A DNA stretch of 47,161 nucleotides from a virus, in IMG/VR virus record IMGVR_UViG_3300046060_000019, positions 1 to 47,161 of that record. The stretch is one strand, 5' to 3'. The translations under genes were made by a program, and so were the position numbers. Within the stretch, counting starts at the first letter, position 1. Every line of letters begins with the position of its first letter. Of the stretch, positions 25,356 to 33,228 are shown piece after piece. The notes beneath the pieces are model-generated. The model saw nothing but the letters and a program-made list of their open reading frames with translations, did not search any database and was not told where the DNA came from.

Positions 25356-25781
25356 TTACTCGGCGTCAGGTAGGTCCGCACGGGTGAACGTCACGGCCAC
25401 GTCGTCGTGACCGTCGCGGTGGTCGGGTACGTCGGCGGCGGGGACGACTTCACCGCACGCCCCGCACTCGTATTCATAGCCGGCGACTTCGTCCGGGCGT
25501 TGGGACAGTTCTTCTTTGTCCACGCCCAGCGCGTCTAAGACGTTGTCCAGCCGCTCGTTGTATAGTTTAACGACTTTGTCAGCGTCGGCGTCGGCGTCGG
25601 TGTAACAGCCGTGACAGACCGTTCCGAAGCCGTCAGCGTCGTCCATGGTATCGACGGCGACCATGTTCGCGCTGTCGTCGTCGTAAACGATTAGGACGAC
25701 GTGGGACCGCGTCGGTCTGGAACAGACAAGGCAGTTGTCCATTTCCGCTTTGCTTTGTAGGTGGTCAGCGAAATTTGTCAT
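25356..25781 (-). CDS. Zinc-finger protein (141 aa)
   Basis: Cys pairs CLVC...CHGC and CGAC. Confidence 0.55.
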   Translation of the reverse strand: MTNFADHLQSKAEMDNCLVCSRPTRSHVVLIVYDDDSANMVAVDTMDDADGFGTVCHGCYTDADADADKVVKLYNERLDNVLDALGVDKEELSQRPDEVAGYEYECGACGEVVPAADVPDHRDGHDDVAVTFTRADLPDAE

Positions 25782-25783
25782 TA

Positions 25784-25981
25784 TCAGTATCTCGTTAGTG
25801 TCTGTCGGTTATACAGCGTCACCGCCGCCGAAATGGTCACTAAGGCCATGAACGCGGATATGGCGGTCCAGACGACCCCCGTCGGGTCAGGCGTCAGGAT
25901 TCCGATAGCGGCGGCGGACAGGGCCACCAGTCCGAAGACGGCGATTACGCCGAACGTGGTGAATAGGTGGAACAGCGACAT
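25784..25981 (-). CDS. Small membrane protein (65 aa, 2 TM segments)
   Basis: FGVIAVFGLVALSAAAIGIL and WTAISAFMALVTISAAVTL. Confidence 0.55.
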   Translation of the reverse strand: MSLFHLFTTFGVIAVFGLVALSAAAIGILTPDPTGVVWTAISAFMALVTISAAVTLYNRQTLTRY

Positions 25982-25983
25982 GG

Positions 25984-26412
25984 TCAGGCGTCCGCCCAGT
26001 CCCGAAGGTCACCGTGGCGTCGCCGGGGTTCGTCGCGCCCGTCCATGTATGGCCTGAAGTCAGCGCCCCAGACTTTCGGAACGCGAAGCCACTGTTCGCC
26101 CCGCGCCTTCCGGTCGTCGCGGATTGTCCCTTCCCGGTCCCGTTCGGTGAAGGTACTCGGGTCGAACACCAGAAAGTCTTCGCGGACCCGGATTAACAGC
26201 ATGGCGTCGGCGTCCCGCGCTCGTTCCACCAGTTTTCGCATGGCGCTAATGTCGCCGTTCTTGTGGGTTTGGCTGACGGCGCTGACATAGAAGACTTCGC
26301 CGGGCTGGGGTTCGACCTTGAAGGCGTACTTCCCTTCACCGTCTTCATACCACGCTGTAATCCGCGTTCGTCGGGACTTGAACCACTCGGCGGTGTCTCG
26401 TAACAGCCCCAC
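25984..26412 (-). CDS. Hypothetical protein (142 aa)
   Basis: Track ORF with a GTG start. I recognised no motif. Confidence 0.5.
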   Translation of the reverse strand: MGLLRDTAEWFKSRRTRITAWYEDGEGKYAFKVEPQPGEVFYVSAVSQTHKNGDISAMRKLVERARDADAMLLIRVREDFLVFDPSTFTERDREGTIRDDRKARGEQWLRVPKVWGADFRPYMDGRDEPRRRHGDLRDWADA

Positions 26413-26415
26413 GGG

Positions 26416-26595
26416 TCAGTCACCCCGTCGCGGGTCCCGTTCGCCGGGACCCATGCGGCCCTTCATGGCCGCTCGTTTCTGTTTCCGAAGGTGGTCGGTG
26501 ATTTTCCTGTTCTCGTAGTGTCGGCCCACCAGATAGGCCAACACCGTTCCGATTCCCCAGACGACCGTCACGGCGAACAGGGCGGTCTTACGCAT
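26416..26595 (-). CDS. Small membrane protein (59 aa)
   Basis: MRKTALFAVTVVWGIGTVLAYLVGRHYENRK... It is just below the track cut-off. Confidence 0.45.
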   Translation of the reverse strand: MRKTALFAVTVVWGIGTVLAYLVGRHYENRKITDHLRKQKRAAMKGRMGPGERDPRRGD

Positions 26596-26693
26596 GGTCG
26601 CCCCGCTCGTTCGTGCGGACGGTCAGTTTCGGTGAACGCTTGTCATACATGTGTGTGCGTGTCAGGCGTGTATCTCGGTGTTCAAGGGCTACC

Positions 26694-26704
26694 GTGACGC
26701 TGGA
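26694..26704 (-). promoter_or_regulatory. Class A promoter-proximal motif
   Basis: gtgacgctgga lies 2 nt after the stop at 26706. The next ATGs are at 26650 (19-codon ORF) and 26595. Confidence 0.5.
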
Positions 26705-26705
26705 A

Positions 26706-26972
26706 CTATTCGGCGTCGTCACTCGGGAAGTCCGCGGATTGTCGTTCGCGGACGGCCCGCTTCAGGTCGTCCAGACTGTCGTAATCACCACGGTTCAGGT
26801 GGTATTCCAGCACGTCGTCGGGCGCTTCGTTGTCCAGAAAGTCCAACAGGGCGGCGTTCGCCCCGGACTTCACGGCCCCGTGTTCGTCGTCCAGCATGTC
26901 GCGGACGACGCCGGTAAACAGGTTGTTCAGGTCTCGGTCCGGTCGAAGGTGTCCAGTCTCGTTATCGGGCAT
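26706..26972 (-). CDS. Hypothetical acidic protein (88 aa)
   Basis: Track ORF. Confidence 0.55.
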   Translation of the reverse strand: MPDNETGHLRPDRDLNNLFTGVVRDMLDDEHGAVKSGANAALLDFLDNEAPDDVLEYHLNRGDYDSLDDLKRAVRERQSADFPSDDAE

Positions 26973-26998
26973 GGTGGTTGTTCAGTTGTTCGTGGCCG

Positions 26999-27787
26999 TT
27001 ACAGGTCGTCACTGGGGTCGAAGTCGCCCAGTTCGCCGTCGTCTAAGTCGGCCACGTCGTCCGGGCCGCCGTCTTCCGGCGGGTCCGGCGGGTCGTCGTG
27101 GTCGCCTTCACTTTCACTGTCCGCTTTCGGGCCGTCCGTACCCTGAAAGTCAGTCGAAGCGCCGCCGCCGAGTTCTTCCACGGCCTCGGCGTCCGTTAGT
27201 TGCATATGCGGCCCGTCGCTGTCGTCCAGTGTCACGTCGTCGTGGAAGTCGTCAGCGAACGATTCTGACGCTTCCCGTGCGGAACGGATAACGTCGGTGT
27301 TGATTCCCGCCCGTGTCGCCGCCTGTTCCAGCGCGTCTTCGTCCAGCGGCGTGTCGGCGTCGGTTAGGGCTATGTCGAACAGATATTCCAGTGTCTCGGC
27401 TTGAACCGCTTCGCGGGGGGACCACTGGGGGCTGTCGTCCACCGGGTCCGCCCGGTCATGGCGAAGCGGAATCAGCCGGGATTCCGGTACTGGATAGCGG
27501 TTCTTCGGGTCGTTCAGTCCGTCCCGATTCACCGGATTGTCCGTTAGGTACACGCATTGATACATGGTGTCGTCGGGCGTCGCACCTACCAGCGCGTTCT
27601 TGAAGTATTCCAGTTGGCCTTTCTCGCCGCCGGCCCGTCGGTCGTCGTACTCGGCGACGCTGTCGGCTAATCGCTGGACCACCAGCACGCGAGCGAAGCC
27701 TTTCTGTCCAACGTCGAACGCGACGCCGGGACAGCGAACGGTCAGGTCGAACGATTCCGCTTCGTCGTTTCGGGTGTGTTCCGGCAT
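26999..27787 (-). CDS. Hypothetical protein with a hyper-acidic C-terminal tail (262 aa); weak ssDNA-binding candidate
   Basis: Track ORF trimmed to the ATG at 27787. It ends ...DDVADLDDGELGDFDPSDDL, reminiscent of the acidic tails of SSB or T7 gp2.5. Confidence 0.55.
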   Translation of the reverse strand: MPEHTRNDEAESFDLTVRCPGVAFDVGQKGFARVLVVQRLADSVAEYDDRRAGGEKGQLEYFKNALVGATPDDTMYQCVYLTDNPVNRDGLNDPKNRYPVPESRLIPLRHDRADPVDDSPQWSPREAVQAETLEYLFDIALTDADTPLDEDALEQAATRAGINTDVIRSAREASESFADDFHDDVTLDDSDGPHMQLTDAEAVEELGGGASTDFQGTDGPKADSESEGDHDDPPDPPEDGGPDDVADLDDGELGDFDPSDDL

Positions 27788-27803
27788 GTTGTCGAACCTC
27801 TTT

Positions 27804-27990
27804 GACACCGTTCCGGTCCCGGTGTCGGGGACACCGCCCCGCCGACGGCGACGTGGTCCTGATTACTGGGGTAATCACGGACAACCACCAGCGTGGTTGC
27901 CTCGGTGAACAACTTTCGTTGTTTCACGTCGCCGTCCGGCGGTTTAGCGGTCTATAAACTGTATGGCGCTATACGAATTCGGGACCCGGA
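27804..27990 (-). promoter_or_regulatory. Structured leader or intergenic region with four hairpins and TATA-like boxes
   Basis: Hairpins at 27804..27826 (class B type GACACCG/CGGTGTC), 27860..27877, 27882..27899 and 27907..27924. TATA-like TTTATAG and GTATAGC lie at about 27951..27976. Confidence 0.55.
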
Positions 27991-28167
27991 CTATCCGCTG
28001 TCTTCCAGCGGCTTCGTCCGGGTGTTCGCCACAGCGGATACCGAGAACCGGACGCCGTGTTTTGCTCGTTCCACGTCGTCCAGCCCGTCCACGGTGAAGC
28101 CCGCGTCTTCCAGCACGCTGACGGCTTCCTTGACGGAATCCATGTCGTGTTCGGTGATTCCCGGCAT
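27991..28167 (-). CDS. Small hypothetical protein (58 aa)
   Basis: MPGITEHDMDSVKEAVSVLEDAGFTVDG..., with a TGACCATG junction. Confidence 0.5.
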   Translation of the reverse strand: MPGITEHDMDSVKEAVSVLEDAGFTVDGLDDVERAKHGVRFSVSAVANTRTKPLEDSG

Positions 28168-28169
28168 GG

Positions 28170-28310
28170 TCACGGTTCCAGTTCGGCGGCGGTCGCCGGG
28201 CCGGGGTTTTCCGCTTCGTCTTCGTCCGTTTTGTTCGCGGCGTACCCGAAGAAGTAGCCGAATATGAACACGAACAGTGTCCAGACGGCTAAGGTGAATT
28301 CGCCCAGCAT
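28170..28310 (-). CDS. Small membrane protein (46 aa)
   Basis: MLGEFTLAVWTLFVFIFGYFFGYAANKTDEDEAENPG... The ATG lies 2 nt after the PCNA stop. Confidence 0.4.
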   Translation of the reverse strand: MLGEFTLAVWTLFVFIFGYFFGYAANKTDEDEAENPGPATAAELEP

Positions 28311-28312
28311 GG

Positions 28313-29251
28313 CTATTGGTCGGTGATTCTCGGCGCGAGCATGAACACGCCACGGATTCCATATTCCTCGTTGAAGAACTGGAACACCGCCGGGAACTCG
28401 TCGCCCCAGCGAACAGTGACGTTGTCCATACGAGCGGACTTCAGCGCCTTCGCTATATTACGAAGGTAGTCCATGCTGAACAGGGACGACTGACCACGGA
28501 TTTTTTCGGTCAGCCCGTCGCCGTCGTAATCCTGTTCGTACCCGTTCAGGAACCGGACGGTGTCGGTAACAGTGTCGCCCTCGGCATGGAACTGAAACCC
28601 GTCGTCGTTCTCGGGGTCCGACCGGACCGCGACGTGGTCAGCCGTGGACTTCAGTTGTCCAACAGCGTCCTTCATGGCCTTTGCACTTTCTGGGTGTCCG
28701 ACATTCCGAAGGTTCAGCCCCGGAAGGTCCGGTTCCTGTCGGATACTGTCGGGGTCTATCAGGTTCATTAGGCTGACGCGCTGGGTGGCCTGACTGGACC
28801 GCGTGATTACTGTTTCCAGCCGTCGAAGGTCGTCCCCGTACCGCACTGAAACGGGGTCGCCGTCGTCGTCCACGCCGGACCCAGCCATACGAGCGTATCG
28901 GACGTTTTTCTGAAGACGGCCCAGATTCACGCCCAGCGTTTCACCAGCGCCGTCCACGTCCCACGACCCGAAGCCGCCGCCCTTGGCGGGAAGTGTCACG
29001 TCCACGAAGGCGACGCTCGCCGGGTCCACCGCCCGAATATGTAGCCCGTCCACTATGCTGTCGTCGCCCCACTCGGCTGTTTCTCGTTCCCCGACAACCA
29101 GTTTCGCTTCGTCCACCAGCGCGTAAGGGAGTCGAAGGAACAGCCGTAGCGGGGTCGCCCGAACGTCGAAGGTCAGCGTCGGGTCGGCCACGCGGTTCAG
29201 CGGGTTCGGTTCGTCGTCTGTCGGTTTCTCGGTTTGGTTTGTCGTCGCCAT
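28313..29251 (-). CDS. pcna: PCNA-like sliding clamp
   Basis: 312 aa with a two-domain PCNA-style pattern (LHIRAVDPASVAFVDV..., LGVNLGRLQK, SLMNLIDPDSI, C-terminal FMLAPRI). A class A motif lies 35 nt upstream. Confidence 0.75.
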   Translation of the reverse strand: MATTNQTEKPTDDEPNPLNRVADPTLTFDVRATPLRLFLRLPYALVDEAKLVVGERETAEWGDDSIVDGLHIRAVDPASVAFVDVTLPAKGGGFGSWDVDGAGETLGVNLGRLQKNVRYARMAGSGVDDDGDPVSVRYGDDLRRLETVITRSSQATQRVSLMNLIDPDSIRQEPDLPGLNLRNVGHPESAKAMKDAVGQLKSTADHVAVRSDPENDDGFQFHAEGDTVTDTVRFLNGYEQDYDGDGLTEKIRGQSSLFSMDYLRNIAKALKSARMDNVTVRWGDEFPAVFQFFNEEYGIRGVFMLAPRITDQ

Positions 29252-29286
29252 GTGTGCTTACAGAATCAGGATTGTGATTATCTCGC

Positions 29287-29297
29287 GTGACGCTGGA
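29287..29297 (-). promoter_or_regulatory. Class A promoter-proximal motif
   Basis: gtgacgctgga. On the minus strand ATAAT follows at -30..-26 from the ATG at 29251. Confidence 0.65.
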
Positions 29298-29308
29298 ACC
29301 GCCCAGCG

Positions 29309-29593
29309 TCAGTTCTCGGCGCTGTCGTGGCTGAACAGGAAGTCCTTCAGGTCGTCGGAACAGTCAGGGCAAATGTCGCCCTTCCAGTCGTCCACGACGT
29401 GCGGCTTGTTCTCGCCCACATAATCGGTCAGGGCGACGTGGGTACGGTCGGCCCCGGCGTCGCCTTTCTTCGGTGGTAGTTCGTCGTCCGACCGGATTTT
29501 GATGAATCCGCCACACCGGACGCACTCTTTACCGACTTCCAGTTGGTCAGGGTCCAGTTCTTCGCCGTCTTCAGTTCGGTATTTCCGTGTCAT
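29309..29593 (-). CDS. Zinc-ribbon protein (94 aa)
   Basis: CVRCGG...CPDC. Confidence 0.55.
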   Translation of the reverse strand: MTRKYRTEDGEELDPDQLEVGKECVRCGGFIKIRSDDELPPKKGDAGADRTHVALTDYVGENKPHVVDDWKGDICPDCSDDLKDFLFSHDSAEN

Positions 29594-29595
29594 GG

Positions 29596-30051
29596 TCAGT
29601 ATGTGTCGTCGGCGGTCAGGGCGCGAACGCGGTCGTCCACGCGCTGTTCCACGTCGGCGGTGTCGGGGTAGCCGTCCACCCGTCGAAGGGTCGCCCCCAC
29701 GACGGTATCAACGAGCGTGTCGCGTTCCATGTCGCCTGTCTCGTACTGTTCAAGAAGCCCGCTATGGGCTTCCAGTGCGGTGTCCACGTCGTCGTACCAC
29801 GGCGGGCCGTCGGCGGCGTCGCCGTCCAGTAGGTCCGAATAGACGACTTCCCTGACTTGTGGCGTCGGGACGTTCAGTTCCGCCGCTATCTCGGGAATAT
29901 CTACTTCGGGAACGGTCGCTTCCACGCTGACCTTCACCGGATATTCGGCGGGCGAGCGGTCGGATTTGGACGGCTTTGTTTTCCGAAAACGAACGTCGTC
30001 GTCCCGCCAATTGATTATCAGCCACCCGGTGTACGTCTTTTTCTTCGCCAT
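29596..30051 (-). CDS. Hypothetical protein (151 aa)
   Basis: Track ORF 29596..30351 trimmed to the ATG at 30051 (MAKKKTYTGW...). The Arg-rich N-terminal part overlaps the real gene 30054..30341. Confidence 0.55.
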   Translation of the reverse strand: MAKKKTYTGWLIINWRDDDVRFRKTKPSKSDRSPAEYPVKVSVEATVPEVDIPEIAAELNVPTPQVREVVYSDLLDGDAADGPPWYDDVDTALEAHSGLLEQYETGDMERDTLVDTVVGATLRRVDGYPDTADVEQRVDDRVRALTADDTY

Positions 30052-30053
30052 GG

Positions 30054-30341
30054 TCACATGTCCCCCATGATTGTGACGACGGTCAGGAACCAGACGACGG
30101 CGGCCACGACGCCAAAGGCCACCAGTGAAACGAGCGCCCGGACGTACACCGCCCAGTCGCCCAGCGGAATCGGCGGGGCGAACAGGAATACGGCCACGGC
30201 CCCGAGAAGGCCCCCGACGACGGCGAGGGTCCCGCCGTACTTCGCCCGCGTGAACCCGACGGACGGGTCCGACATGTCGTCGCTGTCGTCGTCCAGCAGA
30301 GACGGGCGGTCCGTGCTGGGGAAGTCGCTGTCTCGGTCCAT
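30054..30341 (-). CDS. Membrane protein (95 aa, 2-3 TM segments)
   Basis: GTLAVVGGLLGAVAVFLFAPPI and ALVSLVAFGVVAAVVWFLTVV. Confidence 0.55.
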   Translation of the reverse strand: MDRDSDFPSTDRPSLLDDDSDDMSDPSVGFTRAKYGGTLAVVGGLLGAVAVFLFAPPIPLGDWAVYVRALVSLVAFGVVAAVVWFLTVVTIMGDM

Positions 30342-30817
30342 TAGGCGTCACCCCCGTTATCGGGGAACAGTGCGTTCAGCCCGCGGTCCCCGCCGTCGGT
30401 CGCCACGCCGTCCAGTCCGTCCACGGCGTTGGCCCACTCGTTCAGGTATTCCCGAATCTCGCGGCGGCCCCGCTGGGTTAGCCCGTACTCGTTGGTCCGG
30501 CGGTCCAGTTCGGACTTCGCTACCAGCCCCATGTCGGACAGCGTGTTCATGTTCGGATACAGTCGTCCGTGGTGGACTTCGCTGTATCCGGCTTCGTCTT
30601 CCAGCCATTCCAGCACTTCCAGCCCGTTCGGGCCGCGTTCGTCGGTGGTCAGTGCGGCTATCGCTCGTAGTTGGTCCCGTTGGAACCCGGTCAGGTCGTA
30701 CATGTTCGTTGTTAGTTCCTGAATTCGTTCGTTCAGTTGTTCGCGCTGTTCATCCGGCGTGTCAGGGTCGTCCCGTCCTTCTTTCAGTTGGTCCAGTATC
30801 CGTGAAGCGTGGGTCAT
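30341..30817 (-). CDS. PadR-like winged-helix transcription regulator
   Basis: GRLYPNMNTLSDMGLVAKSELDRRTNEYGLTQRG matches the PadR-type recognition helix and wing pattern. Confidence 0.65.
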   Translation of the reverse strand: MTHASRILDQLKEGRDDPDTPDEQREQLNERIQELTTNMYDLTGFQRDQLRAIAALTTDERGPNGLEVLEWLEDEAGYSEVHHGRLYPNMNTLSDMGLVAKSELDRRTNEYGLTQRGRREIREYLNEWANAVDGLDGVATDGGDRGLNALFPDNGGDA

Positions 30818-30822
30818 GGTCG

Positions 30823-31038
30823 CTATTCACCGCCGGGAAGGGTGTCTTCCAGCGACCCGTCTATGACGGCTTCTATGCTGTCCACGCCGTCCGCTCGTAT
30901 TCGGTGAACGTCGCCGCCCGCCATGCGGACGACAACGTACCCTTCACCGTCGTCGCCTACATAGAATCCCGCGTGGGACGCTTGTGACCGATACGACTTC
31001 ACCGGGGACACGTCGTCCATGTCCACGTCGTCGGCCAT
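30823..31038 (-). CDS. Hypothetical protein (71 aa)
   Basis: Track ORF. Confidence 0.5.
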   Translation of the reverse strand: MADDVDMDDVSPVKSYRSQASHAGFYVGDDGEGYVVVRMAGGDVHRIRADGVDSIEAVIDGSLEDTLPGGE

Positions 31039-31040
31039 GG

Positions 31041-32507
31041 TCAGGTGTCCCCCCCGTTGACGGCGTCCAGAATCGCTTCGTTCAGTTCGTCCCCGCTGGG
31101 CTGGGCGGACACTGTCGCGTCCACGTCAGCGGCCAACGCTTTCCGCTCGTTGTAATCTGACGGTAGGGCGTCGGCGTCCAGTTCGTTCAGCGTGTCGGCG
31201 TCCACCACGTCGCCCCAGTCGTGGGGAAGAACGTCGTCCACGGGCGTGGCGGCTTCCACGTCGCGCCCGTCTTTGTCGCTGGGGACGACCGTCGCGGCGT
31301 CGTCCGGGTCGCTGTCGGCGGGGTCCACCGCCGCCGCTTCCAGACGCTCTATCAGGTCAGCCCGGTTAGGGTTGCCGTCCACGGAAACGTCGGACGCTTC
31401 CGCCAACGAGTGAAGGGCGGTCGTATCCAGTTCTTGAAGCCGTTCCACACGGCTGTCGTTAGCGCCGTCATACGGCGCGTCAGTGGATTCTTCGTCGTCC
31501 GTGGACGCTGGGTCGTACCCGTCGGCGTCGGCGGCCACGTCGCCCACGCTTCCGCCGTGGCCGGGCGTCAGGGTTTCAGCGACTTCGGTTAGGGCGTCGG
31601 TCGTCTTCCGGGCTATCTCGGGGTCGTTTAGCGACCCGTCGAAGTCGTCCAGCCGGTCGTCCACTTCGTCTTCGGGGACGGGTTCGCCCACGTCCACTAT
31701 GTCCAGTTGCCCGGTGTCTTCGTACTGTCGCGCCCACTTCGGAATGTCGTCGTCCGACGGGGCGGTCCAGACGACCCGCGTCAGGTACGAGTACCCGATA
31801 ACGCCGGGGACCGTCTTTACCGGTTTGTCGGCGTCGTCTTCGCCCAGCCGGTTGTCGTCGTCCATGTAGTTGACACGGACGTTCTCGGTCTTGGCGTCGC
31901 CGTCGTCGTCGGTGACGGCCACCTGTTCGCCGTCGTCCTCGGTGGTCACCGGCTGTTCGTACACCCGGAACGCCGTCGGGTGAATCAGGAACACCCGCGT
32001 GTTCATGGGGTTGATAGCGGGCGGCCCCTGTCGCTTCGACACCGGGATTCCCTTCGACAGCCCGAACCGCTGGGATTCCGTGACGAAGTCTTCCGGGTCG
32101 TCGTAGTACGTTTCCCCGACCCACATTAGTAGGTCCTCGGCGTATGCCGTGGTGATAGCGCCCCAGTGGTTCCCGTCTTCGGAGCCGTCCAGCCGGTCCC
32201 ATAGGTCCTGAAGGTCGTCTTCGTTCGGCTGGGTCGTTACGTCGTCACCCAGCGACCGCTGGAACCCCAGTCCGTCGAACTGTTGGTACGAGCGAAGCGT
32301 TCCTTCTTTGTAGGGAATCGGCGGGTCGAACGTCACGAAGGCGGGAATGTCGCCGCCACGGACGGGGTCAGTTCGGATGTACCCTTTTTCTTCTTCCAGA
32401 TAGCCACACCCGCGTTCTGGGTTGGGTAGTAGTTCCCGCCCAGTCTCGGGGTCGGCTTTCGGTTCGTAATCCAGTTGGTCGCCAAAGTTCGGGTTTTGTT
32501 CGGTCAT
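31041..32507 (-). CDS. Large early-region protein of unknown function (488 aa) with a hyper-acidic C-terminal half
   Basis: Track ORF trimmed to the ATG at 32507 (MTEQNPNFGD...). The N-terminal globular part contains RGCGYLEEEKGYIR and FDPPIPYKEG. I saw no Walker motif. Confidence 0.6.
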   Translation of the reverse strand: MTEQNPNFGDQLDYEPKADPETGRELLPNPERGCGYLEEEKGYIRTDPVRGGDIPAFVTFDPPIPYKEGTLRSYQQFDGLGFQRSLGDDVTTQPNEDDLQDLWDRLDGSEDGNHWGAITTAYAEDLLMWVGETYYDDPEDFVTESQRFGLSKGIPVSKRQGPPAINPMNTRVFLIHPTAFRVYEQPVTTEDDGEQVAVTDDDGDAKTENVRVNYMDDDNRLGEDDADKPVKTVPGVIGYSYLTRVVWTAPSDDDIPKWARQYEDTGQLDIVDVGEPVPEDEVDDRLDDFDGSLNDPEIARKTTDALTEVAETLTPGHGGSVGDVAADADGYDPASTDDEESTDAPYDGANDSRVERLQELDTTALHSLAEASDVSVDGNPNRADLIERLEAAAVDPADSDPDDAATVVPSDKDGRDVEAATPVDDVLPHDWGDVVDADTLNELDADALPSDYNERKALAADVDATVSAQPSGDELNEAILDAVNGGDT

Positions 32508-32515
32508 GGCCGGTA

Positions 32516-32824
32516 TTAGTTGTCGTCGGTCGCTTGTATCTCGTTCCGCCGGACAGGCTCGGCGTCGTCCAGCGGATACGCCTTGAACTTCCGCTGGGCG
32601 GCTTTGTCGGCGTCCGGGTCCAGCGCGTCTTCGGCTAACCCCGCACGCACTTCCCATGAACCACCGTATCGGTCACCCAGTTCGGTGACCGTGTCAACGG
32701 CCCGCCGGACGGCTTCGGGCGGGTCCCTCGCGGGGACCGCCGTCGCCACGACGGATTCCATGGGGCCTTGGTCGGCGTTCGGGGAGTGGGTGACCGTCAC
32801 CGTCCAGTCGCGGCTGTCAGGCAT
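32516..32824 (-). CDS. Hypothetical protein (102 aa)
   Basis: Track ORF starting MPDSRD; its start overlaps the upstream stop (ATGCCTGA). Confidence 0.55.
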   Translation of the reverse strand: MPDSRDWTVTVTHSPNADQGPMESVVATAVPARDPPEAVRRAVDTVTELGDRYGGSWEVRAGLAEDALDPDADKAAQRKFKAYPLDDAEPVRRNEIQATDDN

Positions 32825-32936
32825 GGGTCACCGCCGTCACGCGGACGCCCCGTCGGGCGTATTCTTCGGCTTTGTTGCTATCTGTCGTCTGAAACCGTCG
32901 TTCTGAGCTGTAAACCCGGTAGGTCGTTCTCGCCAT
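32817..32936 (-). CDS. Small basic protein (39 aa)
   Basis: MARTTYRVYSSERRFQTTDSNKAEEYARRGVRVTAVTHA. It is preceded by a class B leader. Confidence 0.35.
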   Translation of the reverse strand: MARTTYRVYSSERRFQTTDSNKAEEYARRGVRVTAVTHA

Positions 32937-32940
32937 AGTT

Positions 32941-32995
32941 CTGTCAGGCAACACCGTTTACACCCGGCGTCGAGGTGACCGCCCCGTCACTGAAC
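32941..32995 (-). promoter_or_regulatory. Class B conserved leader (GTGACGGGGCGGT box plus ACGCCG...CGGTGT hairpin)
   Basis: The minus strand reads GTGACGGGGCGGTCACCTCGACGCCGGGTGTAAACGGTGTTGCCTGACAGAACT then ATG. Confidence 0.55.
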
Positions 32996-33026
32996 AAGAG
33001 CTGTTCAGGGACGGTGTGACGGAAAA

Positions 33027-33200
33027 CGGACAGGGCGGGATTTGAACCCGCGAAGCGACTTCCCCGGCGCTTCCGAAGGACACAAGGACAGTGTTGTCCC
33101 GGCGGGGGTGTCCGCCGGTCCCTCGTACCACGTCCCCGGTTCCGCCGCCAAAGCCCGTTGATGAAAACGGGCCGCCTTGTCCAGACTCGGCCACCTGTCC
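33027..33200 (-). tRNA. Oversized tRNA-like gene (174 nt), possibly an intron-containing class II tRNA
   Basis: Acceptor GGACAGG/CCTGTCC (7 bp, perfect). D-arm GCC-GAGTCTGGACAA-GGC. T-arm GCGGG-TTCAAAT-CCCGC. Discriminator G followed by TTTT. About 90 extra nt carry internal hairpins. Confidence 0.5.
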
Positions 33201-33228
33201 ACGGTGAAACGAACAGCGGCGTTGGCCG

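Noticed and set aside
31576-32202. Alternative-frame minus-strand ORFs rich in Arg. This one is 208 aa; others are 27456..27884, 22874..23311 and 17669..18133.
   Set aside because: They are nested inside longer acidic ORFs in another frame and show an Arg/Gly/Pro-dominated artefact composition.
33027-33200. A standard cloverleaf tRNA call with an assigned anticodon (for example TTC in the loop TTTTCAT).
   Set aside because: The candidate anticodon stem GCCCG/CGGGC encloses 10 nt rather than 7, the D-arm is class II type, and I could not place a bulge-helix-bulge intron. I report it as tRNA-like only and assign no isotype.
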